In this document: one piece after another, positions 42,934 to 51,005 of the stretch
Position numbering within the stretch: position 1 is the first letter of the stretch
How the letters are laid out: each line of letters opens with the position of its first letter
DNA from: an uncultured Desulfarculus sp.
GTDB lineage: Bacteria; Desulfobacterota; Desulfarculia; Desulfarculales; Desulfarculaceae
DNA: 64,000 bases
Direction of reading: 5' to 3'
NCBI GenBank assembly: GCA_963665125.2
Contig: CAXXUK010000002.1
Location: 1 to 64,000 of the forward strand
The notes under the pieces: generated by a model
Database searches by the model: none
What the model was told of the DNA's origin: nothing
What the model saw: only the letters and a program-made list of their open reading frames with translations
Program-made: the position numbers and the translations under genes

Positions 42934-43245
42934 CTACTCAGAGGCTTCCGGGACCTTTTCCACGCCGATATAGATCAGCTTGGGGCTTGCCAGTTTGACC
43001 TTGGCGATGCGCCAGCCGTTGTCGGCCAGGATTCGGTGCAGGGAGTAGTGGTAATAGGTGACCGATTCGTCTTTTTTATTGGGCGGCTCCCGGAATACGC
43101 ATGAGACCACATCCGGCGCGAAGCACACCTCGGAGTTGTCGGCCCCGGGTGAGGACGAAACCAGGGTCATCAGCCCCGCGCCCAAGGCAAGCGCGGTCAA
43201 ACAACCCAGGAAAAACGACTTCAGGTGTAGGGTCATGGCCAACAT
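42934..43245 (-). CDS. Hypothetical small exported or membrane-anchored protein
   Basis: 103 aa with N-terminal hydrophobic stretch; no family recognised. Confidence 0.55.
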   Translation of the reverse strand: MLAMTLHLKSFFLGCLTALALGAGLMTLVSSSPGADNSEVCFAPDVVSCVFREPPNKKDESVTYYHYSLHRILADNGWRIAKVKLASPKLIYIGVEKVPEASE

Positions 43246-43327
43246 CCCATCAGTGGTTAACGGGCATTTATTCCGTAATATCAGGCTAGCATGACCTGTA
43301 GTTTCTTCCAGTATAGAAAATGGTGCG

Positions 43328-44143
43328 TCAACGCACCGCCCAGATGGTGAACCAGGTGAAATCCGCCTCCCGGCGCTGGATTACGCGGTAGCCCAGCACC
43401 TTGAGCCGGTCTTCCAACAGGCCCACGAAACTGCGCATGATGCCCGAGAGAATCAGGTCTGACTTGCCCTGGAGCTTGGCCGGGTCGGCCAGGATTTTTT
43501 CCTGGACCTGCCAATGCAGGTTTGACAGCACCACCGAGGCCGGCAGGTGGATGAAATCCTGGGCCTGGCCTTCGTGGGCGGTGATGTCGAGATTGTTGAG
43601 AGCGGCGTTGTCGGCGGTGGTGCTCACGCAAAGGGGGTTCAGGTCCACCGCGTCCACGGCGGATGCGCCCCAGGCGGCGGCGGCCATGGCCAGGATGCCC
43701 GTACCGCAGCCCAGGTCCAGCACATGGCCCAAGGGGCCTTGTTTGCACCGCAGATCCAACAGTTCGAGGCAGTGTTGGGTGGTGGGGTGCAGGCCCGAGC
43801 CGAAAACCAGGCCCGGGTCCAGGCGCAGGTGTTTGGCTCCCGGTGGGGCCCGGTAATCGCTCCAGGCCGGGGCGATATGCAGGTCGCCGGCGATGACCGG
43901 CTCCAGAGATTGGCCGCCCTGCCATTGCTCATAGGTGAGATTGTGCTGGTTTAAAAGGCGCAACTCGCCGTCCTTGGCCAGTATGGTTGTCACCACCTGG
44001 TCCGAGGGACGGTCGAAAAACACGAAACTGGTGTCGGCCTCCAACCAAAGGCCGAGAAAACCCGGTCCCGCGCTTTGGCAGGCCTGGCGGGCGTCACCGG
44101 CTATTTCGTAGATGAACAGATCGTCGTATGGAGCCTTGGTCAT
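43328..44143 (-). CDS. PrmA-like SAM-dependent methyltransferase
   Basis: LDPGLVFGSGLHPTT, VLDLGCGTG, LILSGI. Confidence 0.82.
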   Translation of the reverse strand: MTKAPYDDLFIYEIAGDARQACQSAGPGFLGLWLEADTSFVFFDRPSDQVVTTILAKDGELRLLNQHNLTYEQWQGGQSLEPVIAGDLHIAPAWSDYRAPPGAKHLRLDPGLVFGSGLHPTTQHCLELLDLRCKQGPLGHVLDLGCGTGILAMAAAAWGASAVDAVDLNPLCVSTTADNAALNNLDITAHEGQAQDFIHLPASVVLSNLHWQVQEKILADPAKLQGKSDLILSGIMRSFVGLLEDRLKVLGYRVIQRREADFTWFTIWAVR

Positions 44144-44209
44144 TCGCTGCCCGGTATGCCGCCTCCGCTGGCCCGGCTGTTCAGGCCGACGGAGGCGTTT
44201 ATAGTAAGC

Positions 44210-44422
44210 CTAGGATTCAAGCAGGAATATGACTTCAAGCCTGACGCGGTATTCAAAGATGTTGTTGTCTGAAACGGCCACTCGCTGTTCGGTGACCTTC
44301 ATGCCGGTGATGTCGCGCAGGGTGCGGGCGGCCCGCTCAAAGCCAACTTTGATGGCGTCATCAAAGCTGATTGGAGATGCGGCGATGATTTCAGTGACTC
44401 TCGCAACTCGTTTTTCTGCCAT
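44210..44422 (-). CDS. Dodecin-family protein
   Basis: 70 aa; V..VTEII..S..SFDDAI..G..RA..TLR.I...EYRV.L.V.F; GGAGG RBS. Confidence 0.88.
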   Translation of the reverse strand: MAEKRVARVTEIIAASPISFDDAIKVGFERAARTLRDITGMKVTEQRVAVSDNNIFEYRVRLEVIFLLES

Positions 44423-44623
44423 TTTTCAATACCTCCGCCGCGCCGGGGCAATGGCGCGGTGTGATAATTTTTGTAGTCTTTATAATCCCTTAAATGCCGG
44501 ATAGAGCCAACAAACCCTAGGCATTATCCGCCATGCTAGCATATGGTTTAAGCGGTACTCAAGATTAACCGGAGATGCACTTGTGAACAAAGGCAGCCAT
44601 TTGTGCTGAATTTAACTTTATCC

Positions 44624-44652
44624 TTGACACCAAATAGACAGAGAGCTAAAAA
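44624..44652 (+). promoter_or_regulatory. Possible sigma70 promoter of the Fo operon
   Basis: TTGACA, N17, TAAAAA, about 40 nt upstream of the first gene. Confidence 0.45.
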
Positions 44653-44693
44653 GACCTGTCAGCCCGCCAGAACCTAGAAGTTTTTGGGCTGCA

Positions 44694-44963
44694 ATGGCGG
44701 ACGGCATGATTGGCAAGCCACCCAAAGAAATGTGGGATCACTTGGCCCTAACAATGCAGGTCGGTTTGACCTTCGCAGGGTCGGTGCTCTTTTGCTTTGC
44801 TATCGGCTACTGGTTGGACCGGTGGCTGGGTACCAAAGGTGTGTTCATAACGGTTTTTCTGTTATTGGGCATAGCGGGTGGAGCCTACACCGCATATCGG
44901 CAGATAATGGAGTTGGTACCTCCCAGCTCCGAGGATGGGGATGGAAAACCAGCCGATGATTGA
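44694..44963 (+). CDS. atpZ: AtpZ/AtpI-family (gene 1) two-TM protein
   Basis: IGYWLDRWLGT...LLLGIAGG motif; first gene of the Fo operon. Confidence 0.85.
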   Translation: MADGMIGKPPKEMWDHLALTMQVGLTFAGSVLFCFAIGYWLDRWLGTKGVFITVFLLLGIAGGAYTAYRQIMELVPPSSEDGDGKPADD

Positions 44964-45351
44964 GGCGACTCCCATGGAGTTTGCCAAAACCGTGATTAAG
45001 CATGCGCTGTTTTACACCCTTGCCGTTGCTGCGGTTTTGCTGTTTTGCGGCAAGCCTTCCTGGGCCAGAGGCCTGGGCTTGGGTGGACTGGCATCGGGGA
45101 TCAACTTTCTGGCCATGAGCTTGTTGCTGCCGCGGGCAGTGCTTACCGGCGGACGCTCGGGTCAGGGATGGGGCGCACTCTCACTGGGACTTCGTCTTGT
45201 GCTCATGGGGGTGGCCTTTGGGGTTGCCCTGGCAATGCCACAGCGGTTTGCTCCGGCGGCGTGCGCGGTAGGGTTGTTCGCCGTTCAGCTTACCATTTTT
45301 ATAGATCGCTTCATTGAGGGATTGAAGGCCAACACTGCGGGGAGTAACTAG
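44956..45351 (+). CDS. atpI: ATP synthase protein I (c-ring assembly factor)
   Basis: Four TM helices, GLGLGG..SGINF and LRL motifs; lies before atpB; start approximate. Confidence 0.8.
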   Translation: MIEATPMEFAKTVIKHALFYTLAVAAVLLFCGKPSWARGLGLGGLASGINFLAMSLLLPRAVLTGGRSGQGWGALSLGLRLVLMGVAFGVALAMPQRFAPAACAVGLFAVQLTIFIDRFIEGLKANTAGSN

Positions 45352-45354
45352 AGC

Positions 45355-46026
45355 GTGGAAGATCTAAATCACGTACCCCAGTGGGTATTGGATGTCGCCG
45401 GATACCAGGTGACATTGAACTCCGAGACGATCATCATGTCATGGGTCGTCATGGCGTTCCTGATCGTGTTCGGGTTTTTATCGACCCGCAAGCTGAGCAT
45501 CCTGCCCGGTCCCTGGCAGACCGTCGGCGAGCTGATGGTCAACGCGTTCCAGGAACTGGTGAACGATGCCTTGGATGAGGGCAACCGGGGATACTTCCCC
45601 ATGATCATGACGCTGTTCATGTTCTTGATGTTGTCCAACATGTTGGGCGTCATTCCGGGGTTGTCCGAGCCCACGAAAGACCTGAACACGCCTTTGGCCT
45701 ACGGTCTATTGGGCTTTGTATGCGCCCACTACGCCGGCATCAAAACCAAAGGCATAAAGGCCTATCTCAAGGAATACTGCGAGCCGATGTTCTTCATGGC
45801 CCCGCTCAACATCATTGGCGAACTTTCAAAGGTGGTTTCGATCTCCTTCCGTCTGTTCGGCAACATCATGGGCGGCGCCATCATTATCTCGGTGGTCGGC
45901 CATCTGGTCTACCAGGTAGTTTTGCCGCCGTTCCTGAACGCATTTTTCGGCGTATTCGTCGGTACGATCCAGGCCTTCGTGTTCACCATGTTGACCCTGG
46001 TATACATTTCGGTCCAGACCAAGTAG
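45355..46026 (+). CDS. atpB: Fo subunit a
   Basis: PTKDLNT, PLNIIGE, SISFRLFGN with essential Arg, IQAFVF. Confidence 0.95.
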   Translation: MEDLNHVPQWVLDVAGYQVTLNSETIIMSWVVMAFLIVFGFLSTRKLSILPGPWQTVGELMVNAFQELVNDALDEGNRGYFPMIMTLFMFLMLSNMLGVIPGLSEPTKDLNTPLAYGLLGFVCAHYAGIKTKGIKAYLKEYCEPMFFMAPLNIIGELSKVVSISFRLFGNIMGGAIIISVVGHLVYQVVLPPFLNAFFGVFVGTIQAFVFTMLTLVYISVQTK

Positions 46027-46036
46027 GTGCCGTGAC

Positions 46037-47254
46037 ATGAGCTATAGCAGCGAAATTTGGGTTGGAGCCGCGGCTTATCTGGGCGCGGGCTTGGCCGTGG
46101 GCTTCGGCGCACTAAGCGTCGCCCTCGGTGAAGGTTACGCGGCCGGTAAGGCCGGACAGGCTATCAGCAAAAATCCCAGCATGGCCGCCCCGGTCATGAA
46201 GAACATGCTCATCGGCCAGGCCGTTGCCGAGTCGGCGGGCATCTTCGCCTTGGTCGTGGCCATGTTGCTGGCCTTCGCCGATACCACCGGCGCTGATTTG
46301 CTTCAGGCATTCGCGTACCTGGGCGCGGCCCTTTCCATGGGCCTGGCGGCCATGGGTTCGGGCTTTGGCTCTGGCCTGCCCGCGGCGGAGTGTTGCGAGG
46401 GCATTGCCGACAACCCCGAAGTGCAGGGCGGCTTGGCCACCAACATGCTCATTGGTTCGGCTATGTGCCAGACGCCGGCCATCTTCGGCATGGTCGTGTC
46501 CTTTATCCTTATATTCTTCGATACGTCCGGAATGGACCTGTGGCCCAGCTGGGCCGCTATTTTGGGCGCCGGCCTGGGCATGGGCCTTTCGGCCATCGGT
46601 TCGGGCCTCGGCTCGGGCATGCCGGCCGGAGCTGCCACCCAGGGCATCGCCAGGCAGCCGATGGCGGCGTCGGGCCTGCGCACCAATATGCTTATCGGCT
46701 CTGCCGTCAGCCAGACCCCGGCCATCTTCGGCATGGTGGTGTCTTTCCTGTTGCTGTACATGGACTGGAGTTCCTTGCCGGCCTGGCCTGGCTGGGCGTT
46801 TTTGCTTGGCGCGGCCGTGTCCGTCGGCCTTGGCGCCTTTGGCCCGGGCATCGGCAACGGCATGATCGCGGCCAACGCGGCCGCAGGCATCGCCCGTATG
46901 CCCGATACCCAAAGAACGATGACCCCGGCCATGCTCATCGGCATGACCGTGAGCCAGTCGACTGTCATCTACGCCTTTTTGGTGTCGCTCATTCTGCTGG
47001 TCACGCCCGTACAGGCCAGCGACACCATAGTGTCGTGGATGATACCCTTGGCCGCGTCCTTGTGCATGGGCCTTGGAGCCATAGGCCCAGGTATCGGCGA
47101 AGGCTTTGTGGGTGCTTGCACCGTCACCAGAATCTCGCGTGGAATGGAAAACGCGGGCATGCTAACCAGGATTATGCTGGTCGGTATGGCCGTTACGGAA
47201 TCAACGGCGATCTATTCGCTGATCGTCGCTCTGGTTCTCTTATACGTAGTTTAA
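46037..47254 (+). CDS. atpE: Penta-repeat Fo subunit c (five fused hairpins, ten TM helices)
   Basis: Five ~81-aa repeats, each with Gly-rich helix, loop and ML(I/V)G..(E/Q) helix; E65, Q145, Q226, Q307, E388. Confidence 0.92.
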   Translation: MSYSSEIWVGAAAYLGAGLAVGFGALSVALGEGYAAGKAGQAISKNPSMAAPVMKNMLIGQAVAESAGIFALVVAMLLAFADTTGADLLQAFAYLGAALSMGLAAMGSGFGSGLPAAECCEGIADNPEVQGGLATNMLIGSAMCQTPAIFGMVVSFILIFFDTSGMDLWPSWAAILGAGLGMGLSAIGSGLGSGMPAGAATQGIARQPMAASGLRTNMLIGSAVSQTPAIFGMVVSFLLLYMDWSSLPAWPGWAFLLGAAVSVGLGAFGPGIGNGMIAANAAAGIARMPDTQRTMTPAMLIGMTVSQSTVIYAFLVSLILLVTPVQASDTIVSWMIPLAASLCMGLGAIGPGIGEGFVGACTVTRISRGMENAGMLTRIMLVGMAVTESTAIYSLIVALVLLYVV

Positions 47255-47325
47255 CTAAAACCAAACTTTGTGAACACGGCGGGTTGTAATGGAATGGCCC
47301 GTCAATCAGACAAGGAGACAACGAA

Positions 47326-47574
47326 ATGGCCATCGAAGGTGCTGATCTGATTCGTGCCACCGCTCTGATGGGCGCTGGTCTGGCCATGGGCATTGGCGCT
47401 ATTGGGCCGGCAGTAGGTGAAGGTTTTGCCGCGGGCAAGGCTATTGAAGCCATTGGCCGTAACCCGAAAGAAGCCGGTCTGCTGACCCGTACCATGCTGG
47501 TCGGTCAGGCGGTTACCGAGTCCACCGGTATTTACTCTTTGGTCGTGGCCCTCCTGCTGCTGTTCGTCGTTTAA
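47326..47574 (+). CDS. atpE: Fo subunit c, single hairpin, Na+-type signature
   Basis: P28, E32, RNP loop, E65-S66-T67-x-x-Y70. Confidence 0.96.
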   Translation: MAIEGADLIRATALMGAGLAMGIGAIGPAVGEGFAAGKAIEAIGRNPKEAGLLTRTMLVGQAVTESTGIYSLVVALLLLFVV

Positions 47575-47599
47575 GCGGGGGCCGAGGCAGTAGCGGCTC

Positions 47600-48028
47600 A
47601 TGATTAGCCTAAACGCAACAATTATTGTTCAGATCATCAACCTCTTGGTGCTGATCGCGATCCTCAACCGGATAATGTTCCGGCCGCTTAAGAGCATGCT
47701 CGCCAAGCGGAACGAGGCGGTCCAGGGTGGATTGGCCGAGGCCAAGGCAGCCACGGAAAAGGCTTCCGGTCGCAAGGACGAGTACACCCACAATCGCAAC
47801 AAGGGCCGGGCCGATATTCACAAGCGGCTGCACGCCCTGCGCGAGGAGACCGAGGAAAAAGCAACGAAGTTGATTTCTGAGACTCAGGACAAGGCTCGCG
47901 AGGACTACCGCGTGTTCGTCGATAAGGTCGAGGCCGAAATGGTCAAGGCCCGCGAGGAAATCAAGGCGGAAGCCGAAGCCGTGGCCCGTTCCATGGCTAG
48001 TCTGGTCTTGGGCAGGGAGGTATCGTGA
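47600..48028 (+). CDS. atpF: Fo subunit b-prime
   Basis: N-terminal TM (QIINLLVL...FRPL...R) followed by coiled coil. Confidence 0.88.
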   Translation: MISLNATIIVQIINLLVLIAILNRIMFRPLKSMLAKRNEAVQGGLAEAKAATEKASGRKDEYTHNRNKGRADIHKRLHALREETEEKATKLISETQDKAREDYRVFVDKVEAEMVKAREEIKAEAEAVARSMASLVLGREVS

Positions 48029-48603
48029 AAAGATACCATTGGATATGCCTGGCGGTAGTGTTGGCGGTTGTACTGCTGGCTGTTCCGGCTTGGGCAGCCG
48101 AGGAACTGCCCGAATGGCGTAAGACGTGGGACATGGTCTGGCGGGTGCTCAACTTCCTCATCCTAGCCGGTTTGATTGTCAAGTTTGGCCGTCAACCAAT
48201 GAAGGCTTTCCTGGCCGGGCAGCGTGATTCGCTGGCCGAGAAAATTCAGGAAATGGAAGAGGCCAAAGCCGAGGCCGAGGCGGATCTCAAGGAAATTGAG
48301 TCCCGTATTGCCGGCCTGACGGACGAGTTGAGCAAGTTCGAGGAAACGGTGGCCTCTCAGGCCGCCAAGGACCGCGAGGATATCATGGCTTCGGCCGAGT
48401 TCGAGGCAAAGGTCATCCTTGAGAGAACGACGCGCCAGTCCGAAATGGCCCTTGAGCAGGCCCGCAAAGACATGACCGCCGAACTGGTCGAAATGGCAGG
48501 TACCGACGCGGTTGAAATGGTTCAGGCAGCGATAAACTCGGACGATCTCAGCAGGCTGGTTTCCGAATTTAGCAGCCAGGTGATGGCCAAGAGCGCTGCT
48601 TAG
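48025..48603 (+). CDS. atpF: Fo subunit b with N-terminal signal-like extension
   Basis: WRVLNFLIL...P...FL..R followed by coiled coil; GTG start overlaps the previous stop. Confidence 0.88.
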   Translation: MKRYHWICLAVVLAVVLLAVPAWAAEELPEWRKTWDMVWRVLNFLILAGLIVKFGRQPMKAFLAGQRDSLAEKIQEMEEAKAEAEADLKEIESRIAGLTDELSKFEETVASQAAKDREDIMASAEFEAKVILERTTRQSEMALEQARKDMTAELVEMAGTDAVEMVQAAINSDDLSRLVSEFSSQVMAKSAA

Positions 48604-48669
48604 CGGCCGCACAAGGTGAGTCATTCAGGCCCGGAACGGACCGGAATGAAAACTCGTGAAAGGAGTGCC

Positions 48670-49278
48670 ATGGCTGTCATCACCATTAGCAAGGAATTTG
48701 CTTCGGGCGGGGTGACGTTGGCCCATGATTTGGCCAAGAAGCTCAACTACAGACTAGTGGGGCGGAGCGTCTTGGCCGAGCTGTCTCGCCGCTTGGGAAT
48801 GAGCGAGGCCGAGGTTGAGCTTCTGAAAAGGGGCAAGGACACCCGCTGGATCAGAATGGTGGACAATTATCTGTTGCACACCGTGCGCCGTATGAGCCAG
48901 CAGCCCGATGCCGCACTGGATGACAAGCAGTATTTCCAGGCAGTGCAAAAGCTGATCAGCGATGTGGCCTCCGAGGGAGATTTGATTACCATCGGCTGGG
49001 GCGCCCAGTTCATTCTGATGGGCACGCCGGGTGTCACCAACATCCGCGTAATCGCACCGCTGGAGGACCGGGGGCTGCGCCTGCACAAGGACCGGGGCAT
49101 TCCGGTTGAACAGGCGGTAAAGGAGTGCGAACGCCAGGACGGTTATTCCCAGTCTTATATCAAGAACTACCTGGGCAGTGACTGGGCGGATCCCCATAAT
49201 TACCATATGGTCGTCAATATGGGGGCTTTGGGTTTTGACTTTGAGAAGGCCGTTACCGCGGTGAAGTCGGTCCTGTAA
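48670..49278 (+). CDS. Cytidylate kinase-like family protein
   Basis: VITISKEFASGG, IGWGAQ, W.DP.NY..V.N; RBS AAGGAG. Confidence 0.8.
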   Translation: MAVITISKEFASGGVTLAHDLAKKLNYRLVGRSVLAELSRRLGMSEAEVELLKRGKDTRWIRMVDNYLLHTVRRMSQQPDAALDDKQYFQAVQKLISDVASEGDLITIGWGAQFILMGTPGVTNIRVIAPLEDRGLRLHKDRGIPVEQAVKECERQDGYSQSYIKNYLGSDWADPHNYHMVVNMGALGFDFEKAVTAVKSVL

Positions 49279-49295
49279 TATAAAATATTTATTTT

Positions 49296-49328
49296 AAAAG
49301 CGGAGTGCCGTTCGGCGCTCCGCTTTTT
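49296..49328 (+). terminator. Intrinsic terminator ending the Fo operon
   Basis: AAAAGCGGAGTGCCG-TT-CGGCGCTCCGCTTTTT. Confidence 0.85.
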
Positions 49329-49516
49329 GTTTATGCAATCTTTCGAGATAGCCTTAAGTAACAAGTTGTTCCCTGGGATGTAATTTTGGAAGTAGAAAAA
49401 ATCGCCAAAAATTAGGAGAAAAGTTTGATGTTTTCACATCTGTGCCTATAATATACGTATTAGTAAGACGTATTCATATGTCACAATTTTATAGGCATAA
49501 GAAATGAGGTTGCACC

Positions 49517-50395
49517 ATGGCCTACGCAGCAAATAGAACGTCAAGATTCCTCATGGCGATGCTGGTGTCGGTCTTATTGGCGGCTTCACCCGCAGCGGCC
49601 AGCACCATTGTCATCGATGGCAAATACGACGCAAATGAAGGGTATGCCCAATCATATTCGCTACCGTTCTATGCCAGCAACGGTGAAGTATATTACGGAT
49701 CAATGTATACGGCCGTTGAATCGGGGACAAACAATCTGGCAATTGCCATAGTTCTGCCCTTACAGATCAACGACACGAGCTATGGTTCCACTTCCATGGC
49801 CGCCCCGTTTTATTGGCCGGGCAAGGGCCGCAAGTTTGACCAAATCGTGGGCTCCGACCATATCGGCTTGACCATCACCAGCACAACCGGCGATGTGCTC
49901 ATCGATGCCCTTGTGGACAACCTGGCCAAGTACGAAATGAAGGACGGCAGCGTTGAGTATCACTCCACCGGCGTGACCAACGGCAGTCCTTATCCAAGCG
50001 ATGTCTACAAGGTACGCCAGGGTGACGGCCAGATGCTTGTGGGCGACGCTTCATCGGTGCTCGCTTCCAAGACATCACTGGATTACAACTACAATGTAGT
50101 GGGCTACACCAATACCACCAATTCGCCGACACCCGGTTCGGTCAGCGGTTATATTGACCAGATGATCTACGAGATTCTCATTGACGGCGACGCCCTAACG
50201 GATGAAAACGGCAACTTCATCTTCGGCGGAGCGGCCATGACTCTGGCCCACCTTTCACCTGAAAAGATCGGCCTGGATCATATCGGACCGCCTACGCCCG
50301 ATCCTCCGAGTGGAGAGACACCCGAACCCGGCACAATGCTCCTTTTGGGCAGCGCCTTCATGGGGTTCGGCTTGCGCAGGTTCTGGCGCCGGTAG
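49517..50395 (+). CDS. PEP-CTERM sorting-domain surface protein
   Basis: Signal peptide; C-terminal TPEPGTMLLLG, TM segment, RRFWRR. Confidence 0.9.
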   Translation: MAYAANRTSRFLMAMLVSVLLAASPAAASTIVIDGKYDANEGYAQSYSLPFYASNGEVYYGSMYTAVESGTNNLAIAIVLPLQINDTSYGSTSMAAPFYWPGKGRKFDQIVGSDHIGLTITSTTGDVLIDALVDNLAKYEMKDGSVEYHSTGVTNGSPYPSDVYKVRQGDGQMLVGDASSVLASKTSLDYNYNVVGYTNTTNSPTPGSVSGYIDQMIYEILIDGDALTDENGNFIFGGAAMTLAHLSPEKIGLDHIGPPTPDPPSGETPEPGTMLLLGSAFMGFGLRRFWRR

Positions 50396-50415
50396 ACACG
50401 CTAAAGATAAAAAAC

Positions 50416-50450
50416 AAGCCCTGCCGCTGAGAGGCGGCGGGGCTTTTTTT
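50416..50450 (+). terminator. Intrinsic terminator after the PEP-CTERM gene
   Basis: AAGCCCTGCCGC...GCGGCGGGGCTTTTTTT. Confidence 0.8.
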
Positions 50451-50560
50451 GCCATTAAGGAATGCCCTAAAAAATAAGTGCATTTTCCATGGCTAAATCG
50501 CTACAATTTTAATATGTAATAAGGTTTGGTTGGCTTTTAACAAAACTTGGGAGAAGACCC

Positions 50561-51004
50561 ATGTTTGAAAGAAAAATCGTATATTTGGCCATGGCAATGC
50601 TGGTGATGTTGATTGGCACGCCGGCTCTGGCTGAAGAGGCCCCCACGCCCGATGACCTGAACACGTACAACACGGAAGTAAATCAGTACCAGCAAGAGCT
50701 GAATAATTTTTTCAACAGCATGTTCGTTCGCGCACCAAGCGGAGCCGAACTGACGGTGTTTGAGCAGAATTTCAGCGTGAGCAAAAAAAGCAGCAGCTTG
50801 ACAAGGGCCTTCCGTCGGGCCAAGGACGAACTCAACGCCCAGGTTCAGGCATGGACCAACAGCATAGCTGCCCAGGGATACGCGCCGGTGGATGACCCCG
50901 CGCCGATAATGGAGATGCAACACAAATGGGGAATTAGCGGATTTAAGTTTTACGTGCGCCTAAAGTTGCACGCCAAGATTTGGACCGTGAAGATGCCCCA
51001 GTGA
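50561..51004 (+). CDS. Hypothetical secreted protein
   Basis: Signal peptide ending PALA; GGAG RBS; no family recognised. Confidence 0.7.
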   Translation: MFERKIVYLAMAMLVMLIGTPALAEEAPTPDDLNTYNTEVNQYQQELNNFFNSMFVRAPSGAELTVFEQNFSVSKKSSSLTRAFRRAKDELNAQVQAWTNSIAAQGYAPVDDPAPIMEMQHKWGISGFKFYVRLKLHAKIWTVKMPQ

Positions 51005-51005
51005 T

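Noticed and set aside
46037..47254. Five-hairpin atpE as an assembly artefact or pseudogene
   Set aside because: The repeats are strongly diverged from each other, the frame is intact with an RBS, and the ligand pattern is ordered.
44694..48603. Calling the operon a standard N-ATPase
   Set aside because: The c subunit has an ESTxxY signature, but the N-ATPase gene order and its F1 genes are missing and there are two separate b-type genes.
49490..49510. Sigma54 promoter for the PEP-CTERM gene
   Set aside because: AGGCAT-N5-ATGA lacks the conserved -12 GC; too weak to call.
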